DNA of 64,000 nt from a virus. Under the pieces are notes generated by a model. It did not search any database. It was given only the letters and a program-made list of their open reading frames with translations, and was not told the DNA's origin. A program made the position numbers and the translations under genes. Below, one piece after another: positions 27,925 through 38,335 of this stretch. The DNA is taken from the IMG/VR virus record IMGVR_UViG_3300037516_000306, positions 1 through 64,000 of that record. One strand, 5' to 3'. Within the stretch, counting starts at the first letter, position 1, and each line of letters begins with the position of its first letter.

Positions 27925-29967
27925 TTAGTTATATTTATTCAACCATCCACCTGGTTGTGGTTTGTTATAGTTTGTAAAGTTAGTTAGATTATCTAAGTTA
28001 ACCAAACCTTTTTGTTCTTGTCTTAATCCATTCTGAGCCATAGGATATTCAGTTACCTTCTTTCCTTTGAACTTATAATTCTTTCCTGGTTTCATTAGTT
28101 TAGTATCACCAGTATCAGATATACCTAACAGTGGTTGATCTACTCCTTCCATTGTTATTTTATTAGAACCTATCTCAACAGGACTTCCCCAATTATCAGG
28201 ATTCCAATATCCCATATCATCTTTAACAACTCCTCCATCTTCATAGCTATCTAACCATCCACCATTCTTACTAATGCTCTTAGGTTTCCAATCTAATCCC
28301 TCTTGATAGAATTTCATCTCTTGACCATTCTGTGCTACATAAGTTTCTTGTTCAGGTTGTTTATTCTGTGCAATATTATTCATTAGCCAGATTAAATCTT
28401 TATCTGAATAGTTTTTTAACAAACGATCTTTTGCAAATGTTTTCCTTGCTTTTTTTAAATGCCCTTCATTAAAATCTTCTTTACCTGCATCATATATTCC
28501 TTGTTGTTTTAAATTATATCTAAAAGAATTTAAATCAGCTTTATTTTCATATGGATCTTGATCATGTTCATTTATACCTTTTGATCTACCACCTCTCTTA
28601 ATTAAATTATCTACATCTTTTTTATTTAATCTAAAGTCAAAATCATTTTCTCCTGTAGGATCTAATCTTTGTACTTCAGCATGACCAAGTTCATGTGACT
28701 CAGTTTCATTTATTGTAGGTGATGTAAACTTAGAATTTTTGTATATATCTTTATGTAGGAGTGCATCATTCTTTTCATTTAAATGTATTATGTTTTCATC
28801 TAAATTATAATGACTACTATATTTATCAAAGTCACCAGAATCCCACATCTTATTCATTTCATAAGCTTCATTAGGTATTGGTTCAATCTTTGTATTTTTT
28901 ACATTACCACTTCTAATTCTAATTTCCTTTGGTACATTTTCGTATCCAGATTTAGTTAATCTTTCTTTATACTTAGGGGAATTAATATAATCTAAAGTCC
29001 ATTGTTTAACTGGATCAGAGTTTACAGTTTTTATTTTATATGAATTATCTTTAATTATTGGACCAAGATTTAAACCTTCTTGTGCACTAGCCATTGTTTT
29101 CTTTGCATACTTCCCATTGCTAGGAGCAGGAGATTGTGTACGTGCATATGAGAAACCTACAGCTCCTGGAATAGAACCACCCATCTGTGCTTGAGGAACA
29201 TAGTTAACTGGATAAACATATCCACCCATTTGATAATTAGGAGTGTTAGGATTAGCAAATGTATTATGAGGATTTCCTCTACCAGTTATAATTGCACGAG
29301 GAGGAGGTGCTTCACTTTCTACAGTTTTTACTTTTTGTTTATTTTTACCATTATATAAATCTTCTGGATTAGGCATCATTCTTCTAATACCATCTTCATT
29401 TACTGAATTATAATCATTAAAATTAAAACCATTATTAGTATAGTAGTTTGAAAATATTTCTTGATTAGTTCTTGTATCTTCATCTTCTATAACTTGAACA
29501 TCATGCCAAGGCATATACTCATCATCATAATTATTCATACCATAATCAACAGAATCTTTTGTTCTTGTATAATGTGGATTGAAAGTATTTAAATTACTTG
29601 CACTATCATCACCATATGTTTCATATTGATTTTTGTTTCCAAATATATTTTCAGTTAGATTTAAATCTGTTCCAGATAAAACTCCACCCATTTGAAATTG
29701 TCCACCCCATGCAGGAGAATAGTTTCTACCTTTGGTGTTATTACCCATACCAACAAATCCTTCTGGTAATGACACAGAAGAATCATTATAATTCTCTTGG
29801 TGTTCTTGCATTGTTCCACCATTAGCATAGCTATCTAGCCAACCACCATTTTTCATGTTGTTAGAATTATCTCTACCACACTCATGACATATGTACATAT
29901 CTTTCTTACTAGAATCAGATTTGTTCCATGACCATCCACATGTGCATTTTACTTTACCACTACTCAT
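27925..29967 (-). CDS. Putative cargo protein (680 aa): N-terminal Zn ribbon, internal zincin domain, xQxGG repeats
   Basis: CTCG...CHECG; HELGH at 28681-28695; GGWL(D/N)xY three times; QMGG three times. Confidence 0.6.
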   Translation of the reverse strand: MSSGKVKCTCGWSWNKSDSSKKDMYICHECGRDNSNNMKNGGWLDSYANGGTMQEHQENYNDSSVSLPEGFVGMGNNTKGRNYSPAWGGQFQMGGVLSGTDLNLTENIFGNKNQYETYGDDSASNLNTFNPHYTRTKDSVDYGMNNYDDEYMPWHDVQVIEDEDTRTNQEIFSNYYTNNGFNFNDYNSVNEDGIRRMMPNPEDLYNGKNKQKVKTVESEAPPPRAIITGRGNPHNTFANPNTPNYQMGGYVYPVNYVPQAQMGGSIPGAVGFSYARTQSPAPSNGKYAKKTMASAQEGLNLGPIIKDNSYKIKTVNSDPVKQWTLDYINSPKYKERLTKSGYENVPKEIRIRSGNVKNTKIEPIPNEAYEMNKMWDSGDFDKYSSHYNLDENIIHLNEKNDALLHKDIYKNSKFTSPTINETESHELGHAEVQRLDPTGENDFDFRLNKKDVDNLIKRGGRSKGINEHDQDPYENKADLNSFRYNLKQQGIYDAGKEDFNEGHLKKARKTFAKDRLLKNYSDKDLIWLMNNIAQNKQPEQETYVAQNGQEMKFYQEGLDWKPKSISKNGGWLDSYEDGGVVKDDMGYWNPDNWGSPVEIGSNKITMEGVDQPLLGISDTGDTKLMKPGKNYKFKGKKVTEYPMAQNGLRQEQKGLVNLDNLTNFTNYNKPQPGGWLNKYN

Positions 29968-30833
29968 TACTTATAAGATATTTGTGCAGGTGCTGTTATA
30001 AATTGAGACACTAGATGAGTTGTTGAACTGTTATCTAGTATATGTCTCACCTTTAATTCTTTTGCTCTTAGCGTTGCTTTCTTAAAGCTCTTAGGGCCAT
30101 AGTCCATATTAGCTTGATTAACTATCTTATCAATAGAAAGATTTTCACAAGTTGTTCTAAATAATGGAATCTGAGAACTTATCTCTGCAGCCCAGAATGT
30201 ATTGTACTGATAGAAGTTATCACTCTTAGTATAAGTGATAGTTTTACTCTCAGCATTCAATATAGGATACTGCATGTATGCATGTAAGTTATGAAGAGGT
30301 TTAGCTACAAGTTCTAATATACCAGAACTCTGCTGTCCGTTATATAAGATAGCTTTATTAAACCATTTATCATTTGTTTCTATTCTTGTATTATCATCAA
30401 ACACTCCATCAAATATAGGATAGTATTCATATGCTTTTGTATAATCTTTTACATTCTGTAATATTTCATCTTGGTATTGATACGCAAAAGGATACTCAAT
30501 AATATATGGTTCTATAGTTCCATAGAATGTATTATAAAGTCTTATATTAGTTAAGTGTCTCCATAAACAAGCTGTAACAGATTGTGTGTATGTTGTATTT
30601 ATAAACTCTACAGTATCAAATGATTCTAATTTAAAAGTATTTTCTATAGTACAATTTCCTACAGATTTTATAATTATAGCATTTACATTATTATTAACTT
30701 CATAACTCACTCCTCTAATAAGAGTTTTCTTAGGAACATTTTCAGCTATGATATTTCCACGATCATCCAATATGTTGAATGGTCCTGCAGAAGGTCCAGC
30801 TTGTTTCAATTTTATTGTTATAATCTTTGACAT
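29967..30833 (-). CDS. Muzzle/tail stabilisation protein C-terminal part, fused to an N-terminal GPF anchor domain
   Basis: LWRH...YNTFYG...YIIEYPF...WFNKAILYNGQQSSG resembles the crAss Tstab C-terminus; N-term AGPSAGPFNI...IIKSVGNCT is similar to 40715 and 42043. Confidence 0.65.
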   Translation of the reverse strand: MSKIITIKLKQAGPSAGPFNILDDRGNIIAENVPKKTLIRGVSYEVNNNVNAIIIKSVGNCTIENTFKLESFDTVEFINTTYTQSVTACLWRHLTNIRLYNTFYGTIEPYIIEYPFAYQYQDEILQNVKDYTKAYEYYPIFDGVFDDNTRIETNDKWFNKAILYNGQQSSGILELVAKPLHNLHAYMQYPILNAESKTITYTKSDNFYQYNTFWAAEISSQIPLFRTTCENLSIDKIVNQANMDYGPKSFKKATLRAKELKVRHILDNSSTTHLVSQFITAPAQISYK

Positions 30834-30835
30834 AA

Positions 30836-32413
30836 TTATGGAGCAGTAGTGGTTGTTGTTGTTGTTATATCAGCTATAGAACTTATCACACAGCTTCCTA
30901 CTTGAGTAGCTGAATTTAAAGCAGTTACAGTTATACTTGATGTATCTGTAATATTTCTATATGTATCAATGATTGATTGAGGATTAGATTTAATTATTAC
31001 ATAAATATTTCCATCTACATCTGTTACATATATGTTACACTGACATTCGTATATAGAAGTAGGAGAGAATGCACCTACATTAATATCTACTAAAAGTGTT
31101 CCTGTAGCATAGTCATATTCTGATATGTAATAATCTAATGTTACACTATCTTTGTTGATAATTAATAACTCACCAGTTTGTACATATAACATATTACCTT
31201 GTGCCACTCTATTTGTTTGTAATGTAAACTTAATAGTGTTAGATGCAGTTAATGTAGCGATGTCTAATTCTGTAACCTCTTGTGGAGATGGTGCATCATT
31301 TACAGCAATCAATGTAGTGTCATCTAAAGCAACTATTCCTGATGATGTAGTAAATCCACCTGAGAAAGAAATTGCTCTGTTAAATGTAGCATTAAATGGA
31401 GATAGAGTGATATCCCATTCTTGTATATCAGTATCAATAGACCAAAGCTTATTAGTTGTCATAGCTATTCCTAGAGATGATATATATCCTGGAACATCTA
31501 TAGGTTGTATAGAATCAGTGATACTATTAACATAATAGTAAACAACATCACCTGATGTAAATAATATACCACAACATTCTGAAATAACTGGAGGTAATGT
31601 AGTAGTGGTGGTAGTAGTCTCACAACCACAGTTTGATATTTCTACAATAATACCATCTACAATATGATATATGTAATCTTGAATAGAATACATATTAGGT
31701 AGAGTTGATACACTATACCAACCATCTGGTAAATAAGTACAATAAATAAATGCTGCATTATATACATACTCTCCTAATATAGGAAGAGCTGTTACATCTT
31801 GCGTAGTGTATGTAGCTCCAAAGAAAGAAGTTAATACTATATCTACATTATCAGGACTTAAAGATGTTTGTACAACTGGTACAGCATCACATGCATCCTG
31901 AAGAGTTAATGAAGAATCAACTGGAGGATCTATTCCTATTGTATATCCTTGAACAAATGTAAATACATTTAGATCTGTAGGTGTAAGACATACAGTGGTG
32001 GTACTTGTTGTAGTTGGATAAACTGTAATCACTCCTGTTCCATCTAATTCACAATCTGTTGTTACACCAAATCCATCTAAATCACAATACAATAATGTAG
32101 TGGTATGCGTAGTGGTTGGTTGTGGTGCTCCTGTAGTAGTTGTTGTAGTGCTTGGTGGTAAAGGTTTTGTCATAATTCCAACAAGAGCTTGAAATCCTCC
32201 TCCAGCAGAAGAATCATCACAACATCCATTAAGTCCTGAATAAAAGAAATTATTTTCTCCTATATAAAAATTAGGAATATAAGTATGAAAAGAAATCCAA
32301 CTTCCAGTATTTAAATTATATGACATGGTCCAAGATTTATTACAAAAATAATCTGGATCTGATAAGTAAACTTTCGTTCTTATTACTACTGGTATTTTAT
32401 TTTCGTCAGCCAT
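30836..32413 (-). CDS. Muzzle middle segment fused to Thr/Cys-rich and beta-propeller-like domains
   Basis: YFCNKSWTMSY...WISFHTYIPNFY...FFYSG, then poly-Thr linkers and a C-terminal TTTTTTTAP. Confidence 0.6.
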   Translation of the reverse strand: MADENKIPVVIRTKVYLSDPDYFCNKSWTMSYNLNTGSWISFHTYIPNFYIGENNFFYSGLNGCCDDSSAGGGFQALVGIMTKPLPPSTTTTTTGAPQPTTTHTTTLLYCDLDGFGVTTDCELDGTGVITVYPTTTSTTTVCLTPTDLNVFTFVQGYTIGIDPPVDSSLTLQDACDAVPVVQTSLSPDNVDIVLTSFFGATYTTQDVTALPILGEYVYNAAFIYCTYLPDGWYSVSTLPNMYSIQDYIYHIVDGIIVEISNCGCETTTTTTTLPPVISECCGILFTSGDVVYYYVNSITDSIQPIDVPGYISSLGIAMTTNKLWSIDTDIQEWDITLSPFNATFNRAISFSGGFTTSSGIVALDDTTLIAVNDAPSPQEVTELDIATLTASNTIKFTLQTNRVAQGNMLYVQTGELLIINKDSVTLDYYISEYDYATGTLLVDINVGAFSPTSIYECQCNIYVTDVDGNIYVIIKSNPQSIIDTYRNITDTSSITVTALNSATQVGSCVISSIADITTTTTTTAP

Positions 32414-32426
32414 TGTTAATCTTTTA

Positions 32427-35400
32427 TTATGGTGTTGTAGTAGTCGTGGTACTTGTAGTGATAGGTTGATTAGTATAAACTATTGACTCAACATAAAACT
32501 CTTTAGTTATAGGATCATATTTTACATCTTTATCAATAGGAATATAATCTTGTTTTGTAATTATCACTCTATCAAACTTACTATCATATACACCATGAAG
32601 TCCTATTCCAGTATAGTTATTATCTATATCAACATTAGGAAAGAATCTAAGTATTTCAAATGCTAAGTGATCTGTCATAAATCTATTTACACCAGAACCA
32701 ACTGCTGTAAGATCTTTAGCTCCTTCATTAGTTATTAAAAACACTTGTCCTCTTTTAGCATCTACAGTTACTTGTCCTTGTGGTATCTTCAATAAGAACT
32801 TATTCTGACTTCCTACATATCCAAGATCTGTTTCAGCAAAATCAATAGGTGGAGTTTCTCCAAATAATTTAGTTCCTCCTAAATAAGCAGCTTTTGGATT
32901 TGTAGAATCCATTGTTAATAATTTGTTATACAACAATGATTTGTTTTCAAATCTAGCAAGTACAGCTTTATCCTGAATACCATCTAATGATGTAAGCTTT
33001 CCATAGTTTTGAGGAAAATCAAATAATGCTAATGGGGCATAACTTAACCAATTGTTAACTCTTATATCAGCATTTTGTTCTTGTGAATCAGAATAGATTG
33101 CTCTAAATGGATAATATGTATAACATAATTGACTAGTCCAATCTGCTGGTAGATGTGAAAAGAAGTTTTCTTTATTCTGTTTAGAGAATGTTACATTATA
33201 ATAATATGTATTATCATAAGCAATTGTTGTAAACTCTTCTTGTACCCAATCATCAGGAATACCTGTAGATACATGTGGCCAGAAGTTTCCTTCTCTATCA
33301 TTGAATGCTTGTCTTAAATTTAAATTATAAGAAGTCTCACAATAAAAATTAGGAATACCATATGCAAATAAATAAAACTTACCATCATAAAATGTTCTAT
33401 ATGTACCAGCTGGTCCTCCAACAGTTGTAGGAGCTTTACTAGGATCACTAGGACAATCAAAGTTGTGAGCTTTAATTGATATAATGTTAGTCATTGTTTG
33501 GTAGTTATACAAAATAGATCTAGCAGAATGCCAGAATTTTGGATAAGCTACGTTACCTATTTCATCATAGAATATATCACTATCATCTAATCCATTCACT
33601 CTATTATCTATAAAGAATGGAAGTTTTGTTTTGTATGCAAATCTAGAAATAAATGTATCTCCACCAAACACTACATCATTTGAAAAACCACTATCAAAAA
33701 ATCTTTGGAATCCTGTGTCAATTGTTTCATATGAATATATTTGTCCCCATTGGTTTACAAATATATTTTTCAATGAAGCATAATATACTACAGTTGTAAT
33801 GTCTTGTTCTTTCTCAGGTGTGTTACAATAGTTTCTACCTGTAAGAGGATCTATATTACTAGAGATTGTGAATCTAGATTTATCTGTAATTAAAGATGTA
33901 CCTAATGAATTAACAAGTGTTGGTGTTTTATCAGGGAATGGTAATGGCACTACTGAATTAGTTAATGCACCTTTTGTTCTTAAATAAATAGAAGACTCTC
34001 TTTGGTAGTTATTAATGTTTTTATCATCTCCAATATTTTGAACTCCTGGAATCATATAAGATTTTAAATCAAGAGGTCTTTGTTTAATACCAACATTTCC
34101 ATTAATATCTGCAGTGTTATTATTTATATCTGAATAGTAATCATAGTTAGCTACAGAGTTAAATGAATACGCATAATTCTTTCTTGTAATACCATTTACA
34201 TAAATAGTTAGATATGCTTGGTATGCTGTAAATACAGCTGTTATATCTAGACCACCAATAGTAAATGATGCTTTTAATGCATCTTCTTGAACCTCTTTAG
34301 AAAGAAGTCTATATTTAGCATTACCTTTCACTTTGACAAAATGTGCTCTACCTCCACCAAACATTACATTTTCTAACTTAAGAACATCTCCTAAGAATGG
34401 TTGTGCAAAAGAAGTTTCAGGAGAATTAAACACTTGTCTATATCTAGAACTATCACTAGTTATAGGAGGAAGTGGTTTAGGATCTCCACAGAATGCATTA
34501 AGTGGTGATCTTCTTCCATACTCTCTTCCTGGAACTACATTTCCAAAAGGAGTTAATGTATTTGGAGGAAACTGTCCTAATGGGGGTGTTACAAAAGGTT
34601 GCTTAGTTGCACAAGGAGCAGGTTGTAAATCTTGTTCTTTAAAAGGAACTGAGTTTAAATCTAATCTTTGAACATATACAGGACCAATAGCACCTGCACA
34701 AGGATAAGGCATCCATCCCCCCCAATTTAAAGTTTTAAGAGGTTGATTATCATTAGTCCAACGAGTATTACTTCTTAATTTATAACAACTAACACCTGCG
34801 CATGCATTATTAACATACCACACATCATAGTTACCAGGACCTATTGTTGCTTTACCACTTAAATATATTGGTCTTGTTAAAGAACAAAATTCATAAGTTT
34901 CATTAGCAACCATTTGTTTAATTACTTGTTCACCAGTTTCTGGCTCAAAATAACTATAATCACCTGACTCAGTACATACAACCATCCATGGTTCTGTTTG
35001 TCCTAATACAGCATATGAATTACTACTTGCTAATAAGAATGGATCTGTATTAAGATCGTTATATGGATAGTTTGGATAGTATAAAGTTTGATCTTGTCTT
35101 TGGTATGTTCCTACATTACGGAGCATTCCTTTAGCTACAATAGATTTATTTGTATTTCTATTACCTCTTACAATTTTAAATCCTACAACATCATCTTTTT
35201 GATCTTGTGTAAGACCTGTTGATGTTTGTATAAGTGTTTCTATTTGTTTAATATTAACTTTTACACCTAATGGATATACAGCATTATTTTGCATCACTGG
35301 TTGAAACCCAGGAGTTAATGAATATACAGGATTCTCAAATATAGGACTTACAAGAACATCTGGAAACTTATGATGTCTAATAGGTTTACCAGCAAGATCA

Positions 35401-36872
35401 CCCCATACATCAACATTACAAGGATACTCTTCTGTAGACTCCCAATAAGCAAACTCACCATATTGATATGGTGTAGCATTATTAATATTAGGACCAGTAG
35501 CATTACCTATGACAGTAGCTGTATTATATATTTTCCAATAAGAACTATATCCTATTCCTGTAACAGGATCGATATAATCAGGCTCACCTATAAAATCAGC
35601 ATTAGTATTTGGTACATCTGGATATTGTAAATCAGCATAAGTTAATGTTCTTCCAGGAATATGGAACCCATCTGTTTGTTTTCCATTCTTTAATAAGAAT
35701 ACAATCTCAAATGCATACACCTCATCACGTAGATATCCACGTAGGTTTGTAGCATTTAATTCATCACCATAATTTTCATTGGAAGGAATTCTGTATGTCT
35801 CCCATAATAAATCTATTTGAGATGCTATTTGTTGATAATTAATTCTATCTATAGATGTAAGATTATCCCATACAAGAACATCTTGTACAGCTGTAAGATC
35901 TTGTGCTATATCATAGTATGGATACTTCTCAAATATATCTGATGGAGAAAGATTAATAAGTGTATTATTCTGTCCAGTATATGTTATTGTGTCAACTTGA
36001 TTCTCAATTGAATATGTACCAACTAATTCTATAGTGGTAATATTATTAACTGTTTTAATTACAGCTACATTATAATATTGAAATAACCCTGTTGTATCTA
36101 AATTAGTAATACTAACTTCTATAGATCTACCCACTTTATAATCAAATATAGCTGTGGTTAATTGCGTATCAGCAATTGGTGTAGGATTTGTAACAGAGTA
36201 ATATGATGTGTAAGGATTACCAGATGCATTAGCATATTGAATAGCAAACTGATATGTACCAGCAGTAAGATCTCCACCACTAGCTATATCTGATATAGTA
36301 AGTTGTGGAATATTAAAATTAGGTTGTATTTTTAATTGATTACAATCTAATTGATTTGTATATGTAGGGTCACAAGGATCTGAAGTAGGAGTTTGTAAAT
36401 ATGGAATATTTTCAATATCTAAATATCTTCTTGGATTTAATCCATCTGTCCAATATATTTCTGTAGTGCAATTACTTATTTTATGTACAACTTTATGTAT
36501 AGGATTGTTCTCATTAAAATTAAGACATGCAGCTTCTACTAATGTACGGTAGATACAATCATTGTTATCCATATATCCTATTTGACTCATCCCTAGTTGA
36601 GGATTTACAACAAAGAATATATGTTTGCTTTTTTCTGCAATAAAGTGTCTACCAATTAACATGTATCCAGAAGGAAAACTTATACAAAGTTCATTCCCTT
36701 GTTCATTTTGATAATTAATAGAACTTGCATCAAAGTTTTCTAAGGCAGCATTTAATGCATATGTAAGAGTACCTGGTTTAATCTGGTTCAAAGTTTGATC
36801 CATATTTAAACCAATAGATCCACTATTAATTTCTATCCTTATATTACTTTGTTCTTTTTCTTGATCAGCCAT
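32427..36872 (-). CDS. Muzzle / tail stabilisation protein (P22 gp10-like), main part, 1481 aa
   Basis: GLNMD...YALNA, IYWTDGLNPRRYLD, GYLRDEVYAFEIV, IRHHKFPD, FGGDTFISRF, YVGSQNK; follows the ring/Ttub gene. Confidence 0.8.
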   Translation of the reverse strand: MADQEKEQSNIRIEINSGSIGLNMDQTLNQIKPGTLTYALNAALENFDASSINYQNEQGNELCISFPSGYMLIGRHFIAEKSKHIFFVVNPQLGMSQIGYMDNNDCIYRTLVEAACLNFNENNPIHKVVHKISNCTTEIYWTDGLNPRRYLDIENIPYLQTPTSDPCDPTYTNQLDCNQLKIQPNFNIPQLTISDIASGGDLTAGTYQFAIQYANASGNPYTSYYSVTNPTPIADTQLTTAIFDYKVGRSIEVSITNLDTTGLFQYYNVAVIKTVNNITTIELVGTYSIENQVDTITYTGQNNTLINLSPSDIFEKYPYYDIAQDLTAVQDVLVWDNLTSIDRINYQQIASQIDLLWETYRIPSNENYGDELNATNLRGYLRDEVYAFEIVFLLKNGKQTDGFHIPGRTLTYADLQYPDVPNTNADFIGEPDYIDPVTGIGYSSYWKIYNTATVIGNATGPNINNATPYQYGEFAYWESTEEYPCNVDVWGDLAGKPIRHHKFPDVLVSPIFENPVYSLTPGFQPVMQNNAVYPLGVKVNIKQIETLIQTSTGLTQDQKDDVVGFKIVRGNRNTNKSIVAKGMLRNVGTYQRQDQTLYYPNYPYNDLNTDPFLLASSNSYAVLGQTEPWMVVCTESGDYSYFEPETGEQVIKQMVANETYEFCSLTRPIYLSGKATIGPGNYDVWYVNNACAGVSCYKLRSNTRWTNDNQPLKTLNWGGWMPYPCAGAIGPVYVQRLDLNSVPFKEQDLQPAPCATKQPFVTPPLGQFPPNTLTPFGNVVPGREYGRRSPLNAFCGDPKPLPPITSDSSRYRQVFNSPETSFAQPFLGDVLKLENVMFGGGRAHFVKVKGNAKYRLLSKEVQEDALKASFTIGGLDITAVFTAYQAYLTIYVNGITRKNYAYSFNSVANYDYYSDINNNTADINGNVGIKQRPLDLKSYMIPGVQNIGDDKNINNYQRESSIYLRTKGALTNSVVPLPFPDKTPTLVNSLGTSLITDKSRFTISSNIDPLTGRNYCNTPEKEQDITTVVYYASLKNIFVNQWGQIYSYETIDTGFQRFFDSGFSNDVVFGGDTFISRFAYKTKLPFFIDNRVNGLDDSDIFYDEIGNVAYPKFWHSARSILYNYQTMTNIISIKAHNFDCPSDPSKAPTTVGGPAGTYRTFYDGKFYLFAYGIPNFYCETSYNLNLRQAFNDREGNFWPHVSTGIPDDWVQEEFTTIAYDNTYYYNVTFSKQNKENFFSHLPADWTSQLCYTYYPFRAIYSDSQEQNADIRVNNWLSYAPLALFDFPQNYGKLTSLDGIQDKAVLARFENKSLLYNKLLTMDSTNPKAAYLGGTKLFGETPPIDFAETDLGYVGSQNKFLLKIPQGQVTVDAKRGQVFLITNEGAKDLTAVGSGVNRFMTDHLAFEILRFFPNVDIDNNYTGIGLHGVYDSKFDRVIITKQDYIPIDKDVKYDPITKEFYVESIVYTNQPITTSTTTTTTP

Positions 36873-36877
36873 AGTTT

Positions 36878-37852
36878 TTAGTTATTACGTCTTCTACCAT
36901 ATCTATTAGTACGGTTAGGAAGTTCATACATATTGAATCTATTAAGATCGTTTTTAATTCTTCTTTGCTTCTCCCAAGGAGTTTGTTTCTTCATTTCAAT
37001 CTCAGCCATGATGTAAGATTCTTCATAAGCTTGTTTATGATATAACATCTTTTGTTGTAACTGATTGAAAGTTTCATCATTAGTTTGATTAGTAAGAGTT
37101 TCAAATATCTTGAATTTAAGAAACGCTTCTACATATTCTCTAATACGATAGTTATCAGGAATCATTTGATTTCCTATTTGATCATACTCTGTAGCATAGA
37201 ATAATAAGTGTACCACACCATTTCTAAAATTAGTTACAAACTTATTGTCTCTAATATCAAATGAGTCATAACTAGCAGCACCAGGAGTGAATTCATGAAT
37301 AGGAGGAGCTTCTGCATAGAAGTCCCAATTGTTAGTGTATTCCACTCCACAGTTTTGTCTTGCAGATATATTACCAGGCTTAAGTAAATACTCGTGAGTA
37401 AATCCTCTAGCTACAGTGTTGTTTGTTTTATATACAGCTTGTACTAATACAGGCATACATGTACCATCACATTGTGGAACTTGACAACCAGGTTGATTAC
37501 AAGGAGTTCCTCCAATAGTTAATGGAGCCACTTGAATAGTTGTAGCTGAAGCAGCTTGAGAATAGAATGAATTAGCTGATTGATATGGGTATCCTGCAAC
37601 TTCTGTACACATCCAAGCTTCTCTTACAGCATAAAAGTTATCAGGGAGTCTAGCTTGGTAATCTTCTATAAATAAGACTTCTTCACTTATTACAAAGGTA
37701 GTTCTTCCTAACTTCTTAAGACACTTATCTAAGTAGGTAGGAAATAAAAGATCATCCACTGCACCAGTATCAAAGTAACTTTTAAGTTCTTCTTTAACTG
37801 TTGAGTAGACAGGCTCTGGGGATACAAAATTATATTTATAGTAATATGACAT
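36878..37852 (-). CDS. Tail ring / tubular protein (P22 gp4-like)
   Basis: crAss synteny IHF-Ttub-Tstab; TNFRNGVVHLLFYA...MIPDN motif. Confidence 0.7.
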   Translation of the reverse strand: MSYYYKYNFVSPEPVYSTVKEELKSYFDTGAVDDLLFPTYLDKCLKKLGRTTFVISEEVLFIEDYQARLPDNFYAVREAWMCTEVAGYPYQSANSFYSQAASATTIQVAPLTIGGTPCNQPGCQVPQCDGTCMPVLVQAVYKTNNTVARGFTHEYLLKPGNISARQNCGVEYTNNWDFYAEAPPIHEFTPGAASYDSFDIRDNKFVTNFRNGVVHLLFYATEYDQIGNQMIPDNYRIREYVEAFLKFKIFETLTNQTNDETFNQLQQKMLYHKQAYEESYIMAEIEMKKQTPWEKQRRIKNDLNRFNMYELPNRTNRYGRRRNN

Positions 37853-37858
37853 AGTTCA

Positions 37859-38335
37859 TTATTTTTTCCATTCTCGGTAAATATTTTGGTACTTGTCGCT
37901 GGTTTTTAGATAGTGTGATAAAAGTCTTGAAGTGAGTCTAGAAGGTTTGAAATACCATAGGTCAGAGTTTTTGAAACGTGCTGTTGGTTTAAACCACATC
38001 CAACCAAAAAAATAACCTTCCGTATGATAATTAAAGTTATAAATAACTTTTCCTTTCTCTTTAGTTTTCTGCCAATCGATTGGTAAGTTAATAAACTCTT
38101 TTCCATCAGCTAGTTTTATTTTTCTTCTTTTCTTTTTATTGATAGAGAACTCTCCAAACCCATAAGGTAGTTTTGCTTTCTCACCTGTTTCTAATATATA
38201 CTCTTTAAAGAATTCATTGTAAGTGTAGATAATATTTCTCCACTCATCATACGTAAGAGTTATAGAAGGGTGTTTTTTGCAGAACTGATTATAGTTGTCT
38301 TTGCTAGAGCTTCTCCAATCAATCTTTGTTCTCAT
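37859..38335 (-). CDS. IHF/HU-like protein of the crAss tail module
   Basis: ILETGEKAKLPYGFGEFSINKKK, IDWQKTK; basic. Confidence 0.7.
   Translation of the reverse strand: MRTKIDWRSSSKDNYNQFCKKHPSITLTYDEWRNIIYTYNEFFKEYILETGEKAKLPYGFGEFSINKKKRRKIKLADGKEFINLPIDWQKTKEKGKVIYNFNYHTEGYFFGWMWFKPTARFKNSDLWYFKPSRLTSRLLSHYLKTSDKYQNIYREWKK

Noticed and set aside
32414-32429. Frameshift, readthrough or intron joining the muzzle parts
   Set aside because: Double TAA, a separate ATG with A-rich leader, no obvious slippery site or intron core, and a poly-Thr tail before the stop
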